The notes beneath the pieces are model-generated. The model did no database searches. It was not told the DNA's origin and saw only the letters and a program-made list of their open reading frames with translations. This document shows, piece after piece, positions 51,602-62,213 of a stretch of DNA of 64,000 nucleotides; the first letter of the stretch is position 1; each line of letters opens with the position of its first letter. The stretch lies in NCBI GenBank assembly GCA_963804745.1, contig CAWDRY010000012.1, forward strand, positions 30,562 to 94,561. The letters are read 5' to 3'. A program made the translations under genes and the position numbers. This stretch comes from an uncultured Gemmataceae bacterium. GTDB taxonomy: Bacteria > Planctomycetota > Planctomycetia > Gemmatales > Gemmataceae.

Positions 51602-52378
51602 ATGTCGAGTCCTTTTCCCGGAATGGACCCCTATCTGGAACTCCCCGCCTATTGGTCTGATTTCCACTCGACGTTTATTAATTACTGGCGCGAGGCGATC
51701 GCGGATGCGTTGCCTCCGGACTACGAAGCTGCGCTCGGCGAGCGCGTCTACCTGGTCGAATACGACCCCGACGCACGCAAGCTAGGTTTTCCCAACGTCG
51801 CGGTCACCGAGATCGACCGCTCCCAACAAACCTCAGCCCAATCAACGGGGATTGCCACTCTGGAGCCAATCACCATCCCGCTCACCATCCTGGAAGGCCC
51901 CCGTGAAACGTACATCGAGATACTGCACCAGCCCGAGCGTCGCCTGGTCACGGCTCTGGAATTGCTTTCGCCGGCCAACAAGGAGCAACCAGGGCGCGCC
52001 GAATACCTGGCGAAGCGGCGGGCGTTACTCCACCAGGACGTGCATCTCATTGAACTCGATTTGCTACTGGGTGGCCAGCGAGTGCCACTTGAGCGACCGC
52101 TGCCCACGGCCGACTATTACTACCTCGTCGCCCGCACTGATCTACGTCCCGATTGTCAGGTGTACCCCTGGTCGCTGTCTGCGCCATTGCCGACTCTACC
52201 GGTTCCCTTGCGCACACCGGATTCGGATATTTTCATCAATCTAGCATCAGTCTTCGCGACAGCCTACGAGCGCGGCAGGTTCCGCCGCCGTCTCCCTTAC
52301 CGGGGACCGGTGCCCGGTTTTGTGCCCAAACAATCCCGCGCCTGGGTTGAATCGGTGTGCGCACAGATCATTCCTTGA
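51602..52378 (+). CDS. DUF4058-family protein, second paralog
   Basis: MSSPFPGMDPYLELPAYWSDFH; LVTALELLSPANKE...AEYLAKRRALLHQDVHLIELDLL. Confidence 0.6.
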   Translation: MSSPFPGMDPYLELPAYWSDFHSTFINYWREAIADALPPDYEAALGERVYLVEYDPDARKLGFPNVAVTEIDRSQQTSAQSTGIATLEPITIPLTILEGPRETYIEILHQPERRLVTALELLSPANKEQPGRAEYLAKRRALLHQDVHLIELDLLLGGQRVPLERPLPTADYYYLVARTDLRPDCQVYPWSLSAPLPTLPVPLRTPDSDIFINLASVFATAYERGRFRRRLPYRGPVPGFVPKQSRAWVESVCAQIIP

Positions 52379-52481
52379 TTATGGTCGGTAACCGATTCTT
52401 TGCGGTCGCTCGCCCTTCCAGTGACATTGCCGCCAATGACCATACTGTAATAAGATGGACCAGAAGTTGGGAGGATCGATC

Positions 52482-52727
52482 ATGGATCGCATTGTTCTTC
52501 ATTCGCGCGTAGGCACGAATGGCATCTTGCAACTTGCCGTGCCCATCGGTCCGGCTGACGCGGACCGGGAGGTGGAAGTTACCATCGCACCTGCTGAACC
52601 GAAACACAGAACAGTCTCGGAGCAGGAAGAATGGCGGCGGTTCGTCCTGGAAACCGCCGGAGCCTGGCAAGGCGACCTGGTGCGCCCCGAGCAGGGTGAC
52701 TACGAGCAGCGAGATGAATTGCCGTGA
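52482..52727 (+). CDS. DUF104-like small protein (second copy, shares 5' leader + first 11 codons with degenerate copy at 47657)
   Basis: MDRIVLHSRVGTNGILQLAVPIGPADADREVEVTI. Confidence 0.4.
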   Translation: MDRIVLHSRVGTNGILQLAVPIGPADADREVEVTIAPAEPKHRTVSEQEEWRRFVLETAGAWQGDLVRPEQGDYEQRDELP

Positions 52728-52842
52728 TTTACTTCCTCGAGCACTGGGGACGGACTTGAAATCTCTGAGGATATCAAGTCCGTCCCATTGCCGTCACAAT
52801 ATCTTGGCTGATTGGCAAGTTCGTCGGTAAGACCCGTCTGCT

Positions 52843-53214
52843 TCACATCCCCAGCAGCGGCTTGAGTTTGGCACGCACCTCGGCGGGCACGATCGCGATG
52901 TGGTCACTGCCCCGTTCTTGCCAATCGGCGCTCTTGACATGATCGGCCAGCACCACGCCTTGCACCGGCAGGCCCTGTGGAAGGGCGACCTCGAAGGCGT
53001 ACCCTTTCGCTTGTTGCGTCACTGGACACACCAGACAAAGCCCGACCTTCGCGTTATACGCGCGCGGCGACAACACCAACCCCGGACGCCGGCCCGCCTG
53101 TTCGCGGCCAGCATGCGGCGTGAAGGACAGCCAGATCAAATCGCCAGCGTCGGGAGAGTTCGCAGGGTCACCACGCCTCGCGCCCAACGGCCGAGCCCCA
53201 GTCCGTTTCGCCAT
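52843..53214 (-). CDS. mazF: MazF/PemK-family toxin
   Basis: GDLIWLSFTPHAGREQAGRRPGLVLSPRAYNAKVGLCLVCPVTQQ. Confidence 0.8.
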   Translation of the reverse strand: MAKRTGARPLGARRGDPANSPDAGDLIWLSFTPHAGREQAGRRPGLVLSPRAYNAKVGLCLVCPVTQQAKGYAFEVALPQGLPVQGVVLADHVKSADWQERGSDHIAIVPAEVRAKLKPLLGM

Positions 53215-53405
53215 GTATGTGCTCCGGTTTGATCTGCTTGAGCAACTCTTCCAGCGTGTACTCGGGCTTTCGCAGGCGGAGCAGCAAGCCGCCGTTCACG
53301 CGTGTCACTTCAAGTTCAGCCCCTTCTTCGAGTTCGAGTTCCCTGGCATAGGTTCCAGGAATACGGACCGCAAGGCTGTTGCCCCACTTGCCAACCTGTG
53401 TGTTC
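53168..53405 (-). CDS. mazE: MazE/AbrB-type antitoxin
   Basis: MNTQVGKWGNSLAVRIP SpoVT/AbrB swapped-hairpin motif; overlaps mazF start. Confidence 0.75.
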
Positions 53406-53479
53406 ATTATGGTTCTCCGTGTTTCTACTAAGTATATCACAGCAGCGGAGTCTGGCAACAGCGCTACTTGCGTTAACCC

Positions 53480-54796
53480 TCACCCCTTCCCCGCCTTCCT
53501 TTTCTCCCTGCCCCGCTCCACCCCTTCCGCTTCTTTCTTCGCCCGCTTGAACAGTTCCCGCTCCGACAATCCCCGATAGTACTCTGGCAACTCCAACGGC
53601 TCCAGCGGCTCCAACGGTTCCAACTCCGGCAGTTCCTCCAGATAGCAGGGATCATCCCGCCATTTCTCCTCCTTCCCCGGCAACCAGTACCGAAACGGAT
53701 CGCTCTTCCGCCCCGTCCCCGAGTGACACAGCAATCCCTGCTGCACCGCCCGCTCCAGCCAGCGCAGGAGACTTCTCTCCGAGGGACGATCCCACAGGCT
53801 CGGCCAGGCCTTGAGGATTTCGGTCCGCGACATCTTGTCCGTTGCATCGTCCAGCACCGTTCGCAGCCGATCCAGGTTCGTCATGTACTCCTCATCCTGA
53901 AAATCGCCATGTGCCAGGTAATCGTTGCCGTCGGCGTTCAGCTCGATCACCAGTTGCCGGGTCGTCTCCTAGTAACGCGACCAGGCTTGCAACCGGCGCC
54001 GCCGATCATCCGGCTCGGACGGATCGGCACAGGTCATCTCAATGATAATATCGACGTACCCGGCCAGAGCGCCGCTCCCTCGTGCCGCCTGGCCTGCTGA
54101 GCTTTCCCCCTTGCGAGGGTGGTGCATTACCAGCACGCTCATCCCGGCGTTGGCAAGGTGCTGCAACGGCCCCAGCGTTTCCAACATGCAGGCGGCATTG
54201 CTCTCGCCACGGCCGGGCAAGAACGATGCCAGCGGGTCGATCACTACCAGGTCGATGCCATGCTCGGCGTGCAGGTCGCTCAGGTGGTCCATGAATGCCA
54301 GCCATTGCTCCGCAGTCGGCTTGCCGCGGAACGGTCGGCAGAAGAAATGAACATGATTGCCGATGCCGAGCTTGCGGCCGCGCCGCGACCAGTGTGCCAG
54401 CCCCTCTTCGGAAACGACGACCGCCTTGCCGCGAGCGAGCGCCAGCCCCGCCAGTGTGCCGCCCTCCTTGAGCCGGGCCAGCAGGACCGATAGGAGCGTC
54501 GTCTTCCCCGTCTTCCATTGGCTTGTGAGCAGAGTGATGTTCCCCGGCGCCAGATAACCATGCCACAACCAGGCCATTTTCTCCTCGGCCGCTGAATGCA
54601 CCTCTTCCATCCATAACCCGAAAGCAGCGGCAGCTGGTGATGCTCCCGGATTCGTGCCACTCGAAGTGGCAATCGGCCTCGAAATCACGTTCTGTTCAAT
54701 GGGCAGACACGATGACGTTGCGGCCTCCGGAACTGTAACCGGAACGGATGTCATGACTTGCGGCTCACTCATCGCTGGCTCCTTTCTGGACAACAT
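53480..54796 (-). CDS. AAA_25 (RepA/RecA-like) P-loop ATPase typical of integrated elements, with C-terminal domain; frameshift ~53960; contains short CCAACGGYT SSR (53590-53640)
   Basis: LLTSQWKTGKTTLL, DLVVIDPLASF, SVLVMHHPRKG. Confidence 0.6.
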
Positions 54797-55030
54797 GGAT
54801 GAAATGCGGGACAGGGGTATCCCGTGACCAGTGTCCCGAATTGTCCTATGGAAGCAGGATAATCACAGGAATGGCGGGAATGCAAACTCGGTTGCGGAAG
54901 ATTATCCAGGCCAGCCGAGACTTTCCCCGGAGGCCGCGATTTGGCATAATCTCTGAGGCGGAGTACCGCGGACCCAGAGTGTCAGAAACCGTTTTGCTCT
55001 GCGAGCACCGAACTCCCGGAGTCTGTTGTC

Positions 55031-57421
55031 TTGCAGAGATGGAGTCAGACCATGAAGACTTTGCGGTGTGTTAGTTACTGCCTGTGCGGATTGGGATTGC
55101 TGCTTACCACTGTTGCTGCCGCGGCGGAGTTGCCCGCGTTACGCCTCGACTGGCACCACAAGGCCCCACCACTGCCGGCGCCTGCCGGCGAGGTGATCCA
55201 CGTCAAGAACGTGGACGAATTGTTTGCCGCTGCCGCGAAAATCAAACCCGGCGGCACCATTACCGTTGCCGAAGGGCGCTACGTGTTGCCGAGGCATCTG
55301 GAACTGAAGACCGACCGTGTCACTCTTCGCGGCGAATCCGGCCGCCGGGATGCTGTCATTTTCGACGGCGGCCCGTCGTCCCTGGGCGAGTTGGTATGGG
55401 TCAGCAAATCCTCGGGAGTGACCGTCGCCGACCTGACGATCGAGAACGCCCGCTGGAACGGTTTTAAGATCAACTCCGACATGGGCGCTACCCAGGTGAC
55501 GATCCACAATTGCGTGATCCACAACATTTGGCAACGAGGTGTCAAGGGGCCGGCCGTGCCGAAAGAGAAACGCGAGCATGATCGGCCAGAGCGTTGCCGG
55601 ATACAATATTGCCTTTTCTTCAACGATCGGGCGAAACAATACAACGACGATTCGGCGGACCGGGCCGACAACTTCGGCGGCAATTACGTCGGCGGCATCG
55701 ACGCGATGTATGCCAAGGGCTGGACAATCAGCGACAATGTGTTCTGCGGCATTCAGGGCCGAACCCGCGAAGGCCGAGGCGCGATTTTCCTCTGGCACGA
55801 TACCCAGGACTGCGTGATCGAGCGCAACGTGATCGTCGATTGCGACTGCGGCATCTGCCTGGGCAATTCCCACCGTCCTGCCAACGTGTCGGTCCACTGC
55901 ACTCGCTGCACGGTGCGCAACAATTTCGTCACGCGCTGCCCCGAGAACGGCATCCTGGCCGACTACACGCGCAACTGCAAAATCATCCACAACACGGTTC
56001 ACGATCCAGGTTCGCGGCTCGGGCGCCTGATCCGCCTGGTACACGACAACGACGGCCTGTTGGTGGCCAACAATCTCCTGAGCGGCCCGGCGATCCGCAT
56101 CGAGACCAAGAGTACGATAAAGATCGAGAACAATCTGACGAAGGAGTCCACAAGCCTGTTCCGTGACGCGGCACGGGGAGACTTGCACCTGAAGGCAGCA
56201 CTGCCGGAAGGCGGTCTGGTGCATCGTCTTGACGACGCGCCAGAGGACTTTGATCGCCGGAAGCGGGGAACCCCGACACCGGTCGGCGCCGATGATCCCC
56301 CAGCAGGTAAAGCGAGCGGCGAGGCAGGTAAAGCGAGCGGCGAGACAGGTAAAGCGAGCGGCGAGGCAGGTAAAGCGAGCGGCGAGGCAGGTAAAGCAAG
56401 CGGCGAGGCAGGTAAAGCAAGCGGCGAGGCAGGTAAAGCGAGTGGCGAGGCAGGTAAAGCGAGCGGCGAGGCAGGTAAAGCGAGCGGCGAGGCAGGTAAA
56501 GCGAGCGGCGAGGCAGGTAAAGCGAGCGGCGAGGCAGGTAAAGCGAGCGGCGAGGCAGGTAAAGCGAGCGGCGAGGCAGGTAAAGCGAGCGGCGAGGCAG
56601 GTAAAGCGAGCGGCGGGCTTGATGCCCGCCGTAACGAGGCCGATGTCGAAGACTGGGTTAAGCCGATGCGAGCAGTCCATGCCCGTTTCCACGGCAAGGC
56701 GGGCACGTTGGCTCAATATGGTGACAGCATCACCACGACCATGGCCTTCCTCGGCCCCCACGCCTGGGGTGAGAAAATTGACCCCAAGAACTGCCCGGCC
56801 GACATGCGCGCCGACCTGGATCTCGTCCAGCGCTACGCCAACCGCAAGTTGTGGACCGAGTGGAAAGGACCGCAATGGGGCAACGAAGGCTCGACGAAAT
56901 CCGACTGGCTGCTGGCACACGTGGACGAGTGGCAGAAGAAGATGCAGCCCGAGGCAGCCGTCATCCTCTTCGGCACGAACGACATCGGCCAAATCCCGCC
57001 CAAGCGCTATGCCGAGAACCTGGAAGCCGCGCTGCGCCGGATGATAGCCGACGGCACGGTCCCCATCCTGACAACGATCCCGCCGAAGTCGGGTGCGGAA
57101 GCGGCGGCACGCGAATATCGGGACACGGCACTCGCAGTGGCCCGCAAACTCCAGATACCGGTCATCGATTACCAGGCCGAGATTTTGCGGCGGCGGCCGA
57201 AGGACTGGGACGGCCGGCTGGAGAAGTTCGGTCCCGTGAAGGACGTGTACGAAGTACCCACTCTCATCTCCGGCGACGGCGTACACCCGTCGAATCCCAA
57301 GCAATACCAGAACGATTTCAGCCAGGAAGCCCTGGATGGCAGCGGCTACAATTTGCGCAACTATATGACGCTTCGCGTCTACGCGCAGGTGATCCGGAAG
57401 GTGTTGGCGAAGGGCGAGTAG
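55031..57421 (+). CDS. secreted multidomain protein: signal peptide, PbH1 right-handed beta-helix domain, (GKASGEA)n linker, C-terminal SGNH/GDSL-like hydrolase domain
   Basis: signal MKTLRCVSYCLCGLGLLLTTVAAAA; NCVIHN/NNFVTRC beta-helix rungs; ILFGTNDIG SGNH block; real start maybe 55052. Confidence 0.7.
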   Translation: MQRWSQTMKTLRCVSYCLCGLGLLLTTVAAAAELPALRLDWHHKAPPLPAPAGEVIHVKNVDELFAAAAKIKPGGTITVAEGRYVLPRHLELKTDRVTLRGESGRRDAVIFDGGPSSLGELVWVSKSSGVTVADLTIENARWNGFKINSDMGATQVTIHNCVIHNIWQRGVKGPAVPKEKREHDRPERCRIQYCLFFNDRAKQYNDDSADRADNFGGNYVGGIDAMYAKGWTISDNVFCGIQGRTREGRGAIFLWHDTQDCVIERNVIVDCDCGICLGNSHRPANVSVHCTRCTVRNNFVTRCPENGILADYTRNCKIIHNTVHDPGSRLGRLIRLVHDNDGLLVANNLLSGPAIRIETKSTIKIENNLTKESTSLFRDAARGDLHLKAALPEGGLVHRLDDAPEDFDRRKRGTPTPVGADDPPAGKASGEAGKASGETGKASGEAGKASGEAGKASGEAGKASGEAGKASGEAGKASGEAGKASGEAGKASGEAGKASGEAGKASGEAGKASGEAGKASGEAGKASGGLDARRNEADVEDWVKPMRAVHARFHGKAGTLAQYGDSITTTMAFLGPHAWGEKIDPKNCPADMRADLDLVQRYANRKLWTEWKGPQWGNEGSTKSDWLLAHVDEWQKKMQPEAAVILFGTNDIGQIPPKRYAENLEAALRRMIADGTVPILTTIPPKSGAEAAAREYRDTALAVARKLQIPVIDYQAEILRRRPKDWDGRLEKFGPVKDVYEVPTLISGDGVHPSNPKQYQNDFSQEALDGSGYNLRNYMTLRVYAQVIRKVLAKGE
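56303..56613. repeat. 21-bp tandem repeat (ggtaaagcgagcggcgaggca) x~15, in-frame
   Basis: read directly. Confidence 0.9.
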
Positions 57422-57551
57422 GGGATGACTGCCCTTACTTTCTCGCGCAGTCCTGATGGAGAGTGCTTGGTATAATGGGTTGTCGTAAGAGGTTCCCATG
57501 ATCTCGGAAAAGGGCTTGCGCCAGTAGACAGCAATCGAACGGAGAACGACC

Positions 57552-57821
57552 ATGACGGTGATGCTTGACCTACGGGCGGAAATCGAACGACTCTTGAAAG
57601 AGAAGGCTGCGACCACAGGCCAAACGCTTGAAGGTTATCTTGAAGGGCTGGCGGAGCGGGAGGCACATGCCAGGAACGGCACTCGAAATGGTCCTGCGCA
57701 ATTGACGGTCGAGCAGTGGTCCGCCGAATGGCGGGCCTGGGCAGATGCAAACAGAAAACTGCCAGCGGGCCTCATGATTGACGACAGCCGAGAGAGCATT
57801 TACGCCGGGCGAGGCGAATGA
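57552..57821 (+). CDS. VapB-family antitoxin
   Basis: small ORF overlapping PIN gene start by 4 nt. Confidence 0.6.
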   Translation: MTVMLDLRAEIERLLKEKAATTGQTLEGYLEGLAEREAHARNGTRNGPAQLTVEQWSAEWRAWADANRKLPAGLMIDDSRESIYAGRGE

Positions 57822-58267
57822 GTACCCTCCTCGATACAAGTATTTTGACTCGCAGCGTGTACAAGTCTGACCCGATGCATCAATTGGCGATCGATGCTAC
57901 AGACAGTTTGCGCCACCAGAACGATCTACTCTGCCTTGTGCCGCAAAGTTTTTATGAGTTCTGGGTCGTGTGTACCCGCCCTCTTGCACAAAACGGGCTC
58001 GGGATGAGTCCAACCGAAGTGGAAACGGAAATCCGTCGATTGGAACGCCTTTTTACGGTGTTCGAAGACGGTCCAAGTCTTTTCCCCGAGTGGAAGCGGA
58101 TTGTCTTGCAGTACCAGGTGATTGGCAAAAGTGCCCACGACGCCCGCCTCGTGGCCGCGATGCATATTCACGGCATCGGTCGAATTCTGACTTTCAACGT
58201 GCAAGACTTCCAGCGGTACCCGAACGTTGTTGTCGTTTCTCCTCAGCAGGTAATGGCCACTCTATGA
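57818..58267 (+). CDS. vapC: type II toxin VapC (PIN domain)
   Basis: LLDTSIL..., conserved acidic positions, TFNVQDFQRY. Confidence 0.8.
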   Translation: MSTLLDTSILTRSVYKSDPMHQLAIDATDSLRHQNDLLCLVPQSFYEFWVVCTRPLAQNGLGMSPTEVETEIRRLERLFTVFEDGPSLFPEWKRIVLQYQVIGKSAHDARLVAAMHIHGIGRILTFNVQDFQRYPNVVVVSPQQVMATL

Positions 58268-58440
58268 TCTTTGTCTCTCATCGCATCGTCATTCAAGACA
58301 TGGCCGGCCTACGTCCGTAATCGGAATAATTCGTTTCAACTTTTTCATCTGGTCGATTGACAAACTCTCCCGCCATGAGATAATGCACGCCGAACAAACC
58401 GGATCGTCGTGGTCCAACAAACTCTGTTGGAGGACAGGCC

Positions 58441-59330
58441 ATGTCACATAACATTCGCAGTCCCTTGTCCTTTTGTAGCTTTCTTGGCGTCGGTGTGCTG
58501 GTCATGTTGCTCGGCCTCACGCGGCTGTCGGCCATGCCGGCTCCGGATCGCGAAATCACCAACTCCATCGGCATGAAGCTGGCCCTGATCCCGGCTGGCA
58601 AGTTCCTGATGGGCTCGCCGAAGGACGAGAAGCAGCGCAACCTGGACGAAGAACAGCACGAAGTGTCGATCACCAAGCCGTTTTACCTGGGCGTATATGT
58701 GGTGACCCAGGCCGAGTACGAACAAAGTCATGGGGAACAATCCCAGTTACTTCTCCCCCAAGGGCGACGGCAAGGCCAGCGTCAAGGACATGGACACTGG
58801 GCAGTTTCCGGTGGAAATGGTCTCCTGGGATGATGCCGTGGCATTCTGCAAGAAGCTGTCGGAGTTGCCGGAAGAGAAGAAGGCGGGGTGGGTTTATCGT
58901 CTGCCGACAGAGGCCGAGTGGGAGTATGCCTGCCGCGCCGGCACCAAGACGGTCTTCCACTACGGCAACTCGCTGTCGTCCAAGCAGGCCAACTTTCCTG
59001 GCAACTTCGCATATGGAGGAGCCGACAAGGGGCCGAATCTAGGGGAGAACGGCGAAGGTCGGCTCGTATGCGCCCAATGCATTCGGCCTGTACGACATGC
59101 ACGGCAACATCTTTGAGTGGTGCCAGGACTGGTATGATGAGGACTACTACAAGAACAATCCCAGAGAAGATCCACCGGGGCCTGCGAAGGTCTCGGACCG
59201 GGTTGTTCGCGGCGGGTGCTGGGGCAGCGACGGCAGGCGCTGCCGGTCCGCGAACCGCTTCTGGTTCGAGCCCGGCAACCGGCGCAACAACCTCGGCTTC
59301 CGCGTGGCCGCAGTTCAGTCCGGGAGTTGA
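58441..59330 (+). CDS. formylglycine-generating enzyme (SUMF1/FGE) family protein with signal peptide; two frameshifts (~58735, ~59100)
   Basis: NSIGMKLALIPAGKFLMGSP, RLPTEAEWEYACRAG, GNIFEWCQDWY, RVVRGGCW, LGFRVA. Confidence 0.8.
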
Positions 59331-59800
59331 GCCGGGTTGAGCAAGAGCGGAGCCTGTCGCGTGGGCCGGTAGCGGCGGAGGGCGGTAGCCCCGCCGCGAA
59401 GAGCCGGAGTGCAGGCGAAGCGGGTGGTGTTCGTCATGCCAGGGTTGACCAGTCAATCGAAACCGCCATAATATGCACGAGGATTTCACATCCAAGATGT
59501 GAGCCAGTTGTCATGATCGCTAGGAAGGAGAATTGTCCATGGCCGGTTTAGTCTGTGAACAGGTAGGTCCTGGTATGCGCGACGAGGAGCGTACCGTGGC
59601 TGTCAAAGATGTGCAAGGCCGCCGCGAATTTCTAAGAGTTCCTCATGGCTTCTTGACAGCGGTGGGCGAGCAGTACTATCTGCCGGTTGGAATCGTCCAG
59701 GAAGACAGAACCAGTCAACTTGTCCTGGTTGAGCTGCCACAAGAGGGAGAATGCGGAAGCTGGCGTCTGTGGGTGCGCTTAACCGATTTGATCCGGGCTA

Positions 59801-60408
59801 ATGGAATGCACGTGCATGATCCTTTGCGACCGCGAAATCCGAGCCGCCTTGGCCCGCAGCGCGATCCGTATTACTCCCGACCCCTTGACCAATGGCTCTG
59901 TCTGGTCCTCCACGGCATTGGACCTTCAACTCGGGGCGCAGCTTGCCTGCTGGGATTTCTCCGTACAGCCGGCGATCCAGGAGTTCCGACCGGGTGATCC
60001 GGATTACGATCTCATTCGCTTGACCGCGCAATTCACCCGGCGCATTGCCATTCCGGCTATCGGATACCCGATCGAACCAAGCAAACTGTATCTGGGCTGG
60101 ACTCAGGAGCAGATACAACTCCCGCACCGCTCGCGCATCGCGGCTCGTGTTGAAGGCAAGAGCAGTCTGGCGGCATCGGTCTGGGGGTTCACGTGACGGC
60201 ACCGACCATTCACGCCGGGTTTGGTTTCAACGAACTGGATCCGGCGTGGGTCGGCAACCCGATCCAACTGGAGATCTGGAACGTGGGCCCGTTGCCCGTC
60301 GTCCTGAAGCCCGGCATGCGCATTTGCCAACTCATCTTCGAGTACGTGGACGGCACACCAGAGCAGGGCTACGCCGGCCAGTTCGCGGTCCAGGGCCCAG
60401 CCTGCTGA
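59801..60408 (+). CDS. dcd: dCTP deaminase; frameshift ~60190
   Basis: MILCDREI, RVEGKSSLA, TAPTIHAGFGF, ICQLIFE. Confidence 0.8.
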
Positions 60409-60427
60409 TCCGATTTTTGCGCGAGCG

Positions 60428-60763
60428 TCAGGAACAGGTACACCTGTAGGCAGGAAGTTCCCCACGAAGCTCACGAATGGCCGGAACGCCGATGTTGAGG
60501 ACTCCATGCCGCTTGCGGATTTCTTCCCCGAGGCGGTCCATGTCCTCTGCTGCCTGCCGCATAACTTCGGGGTCGTGGATGCCGGACATGGCCCGCCGGA
60601 TCGCCTCGTCAAGTTGGGCATCAAGTTGTGTGGAGGTTAGGTTCTTCTCGGCTGTTTTCACGAATGCATTTTCACAAGGTTCTGGATCGACGTCAACGGC
60701 AAGACGCCTCAGTCGGTTTTCTCGGGCCGTCCACCCCACCGCCGCTCCGTTAATCGGACCCAC
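60428..60763 (-). CDS. hypothetical small protein (possibly RHH antitoxin-like)
   Basis: ORF only. Confidence 0.3.
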   Translation of the reverse strand: MGPINGAAVGWTARENRLRRLAVDVDPEPCENAFVKTAEKNLTSTQLDAQLDEAIRRAMSGIHDPEVMRQAAEDMDRLGEEIRKRHGVLNIGVPAIRELRGELPAYRCTCS

Positions 60764-60768
60764 TACTC

Positions 60769-62095
60769 TTACCCTGCCTTGGGAACGTATTCATAAGCTC
60801 CCAGGTCCGGTTTGTCGCGCACGGCCCGTTCCTTGTAGCCGGGCGGGGAGACGAATTCGTAGAGGTTGCCGTCGAGCGGTTTGAGCAAGTAGAAAGCGGC
60901 GGGACTTCTATCGCCATTTACTGGACACGGCGGTCCCCCTTGCGCCAGGTGGTAGTCGCCCTTAGCGGGATTGACGAACAGCGGTGGATCTCCAGGCTTG
61001 CCCACGATGGTCGCAGTCCACTCCAAGGCGGCGGCGTTGGCTCCGAATCCCGGCGCCACCAGGTTCTCCCTGCCCGTGGCCGCGTCCTTTCCGGCCTTGC
61101 CGGTGTCCACGAGCTTCTGGCCCTGTTGCCGGCTGCCGCCGTCCCAAATAATGTTGTTCAGAAAGTGTACACGCGCCTTCGGCGCATCGAGCGCGACTAC
61201 CGGCGAGATATATGGCGTGACGATGGTGTTGTTCAGGAGCGTGAGCGTGCCGTCGTGCTCGTTGCCGCCGTCCTGCCCGAAGTGAATGACCCCCCGATTG
61301 CCCTCGCACTGGGCGGCCTTGATGATGATGTTGCCCGCCAGCAGTGCGTTGCTCTGGGGGACCGTGGTGTCGCCCTTGGCGTCCACCAGGTCGAATTCGC
61401 GATTGGCGGAATCGTGGACGTAACAGCCGGCAACCACGGTCAGGTGTGCCCGGCTCTTGACATTGTGGCCTGTCAAGCTGGAGTGGACTTCGCAGCCCTT
61501 GAGCGTGACGCTGGTTCCGCCCAGGTAGAGGTTGTGGTTGTAACCGGGGTTGGCCTTGTCGCCGTTCGAGTAAATGAGACACGATTCGATGAGCTGGCCG
61601 GTAGCGGTCTTCGGTGTGCCGTCGCCGTTCGACATGATGCCCATGTCGTTGCCGTGGATGCGGCAATTGCGGATGGTCACGTCGTTGGCCTGATTGATGC
61701 GGACGCCGGCGCCGTTGTGGCTGTCGTTGTGTGTACCGGACAGGTCAAAACCGTCGAGCACGCAGCCGTTGGCGCCAGGGCTGAACTGAAAGATCGCGCA
61801 GGGGGATGCTGCCGCGCCCGCTGTAGTCGAAGTCCTTGCCGCTCAAGGCCACGCGCTCGCCGGCCGCCTTGAAGGTGATGTGGCTCTTGGCGACGTAGAC
61901 CGCCACTTTTTCATAGGCTGCGCCATCGGCACCTGGCAGAACCAGTATCGTGTCACCGTTCTGGGCCTTGGCCAGGGCATCTTCGATCCGCTGGAACGGT
62001 TTGCCCGGCCCCACCGTGAGTTCAGCGGCCGAGAGAATACCGGTCGCCGCAAGAACAAAAGTCGTTGACAAGACACAAGACCAAAATCGGCTCAT
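60769..62095 (-). CDS. secreted right-handed parallel beta-helix (pectate-lyase-like) protein; frameshift ~61750
   Basis: signal peptide MSRFWSCVLSTTFVLAATGILSAAE; repeated NxxIxxN/HGN rungs (IRNCRIHGNDMGI). Confidence 0.7.
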
Positions 62096-62213
62096 AGCTG
62101 TACTCCAATAAAAGACCGAACACTACCCAGAATCTTACAACTTGGCCGCCGGCTGGCCAGAAAATTCCCGCCGGGTGCCATGCCTCCCTGTCCGTCGCGG
62201 CTGCGCACGGTAA

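Noticed and set aside
59533-59997. 154-aa ORF overlapping the start of dcd
   Set aside because: Only the first ~90 aa, before dcd, could be a separate small gene. The remainder overlaps dcd out of frame. No motif was recognised, so it was left unannotated.
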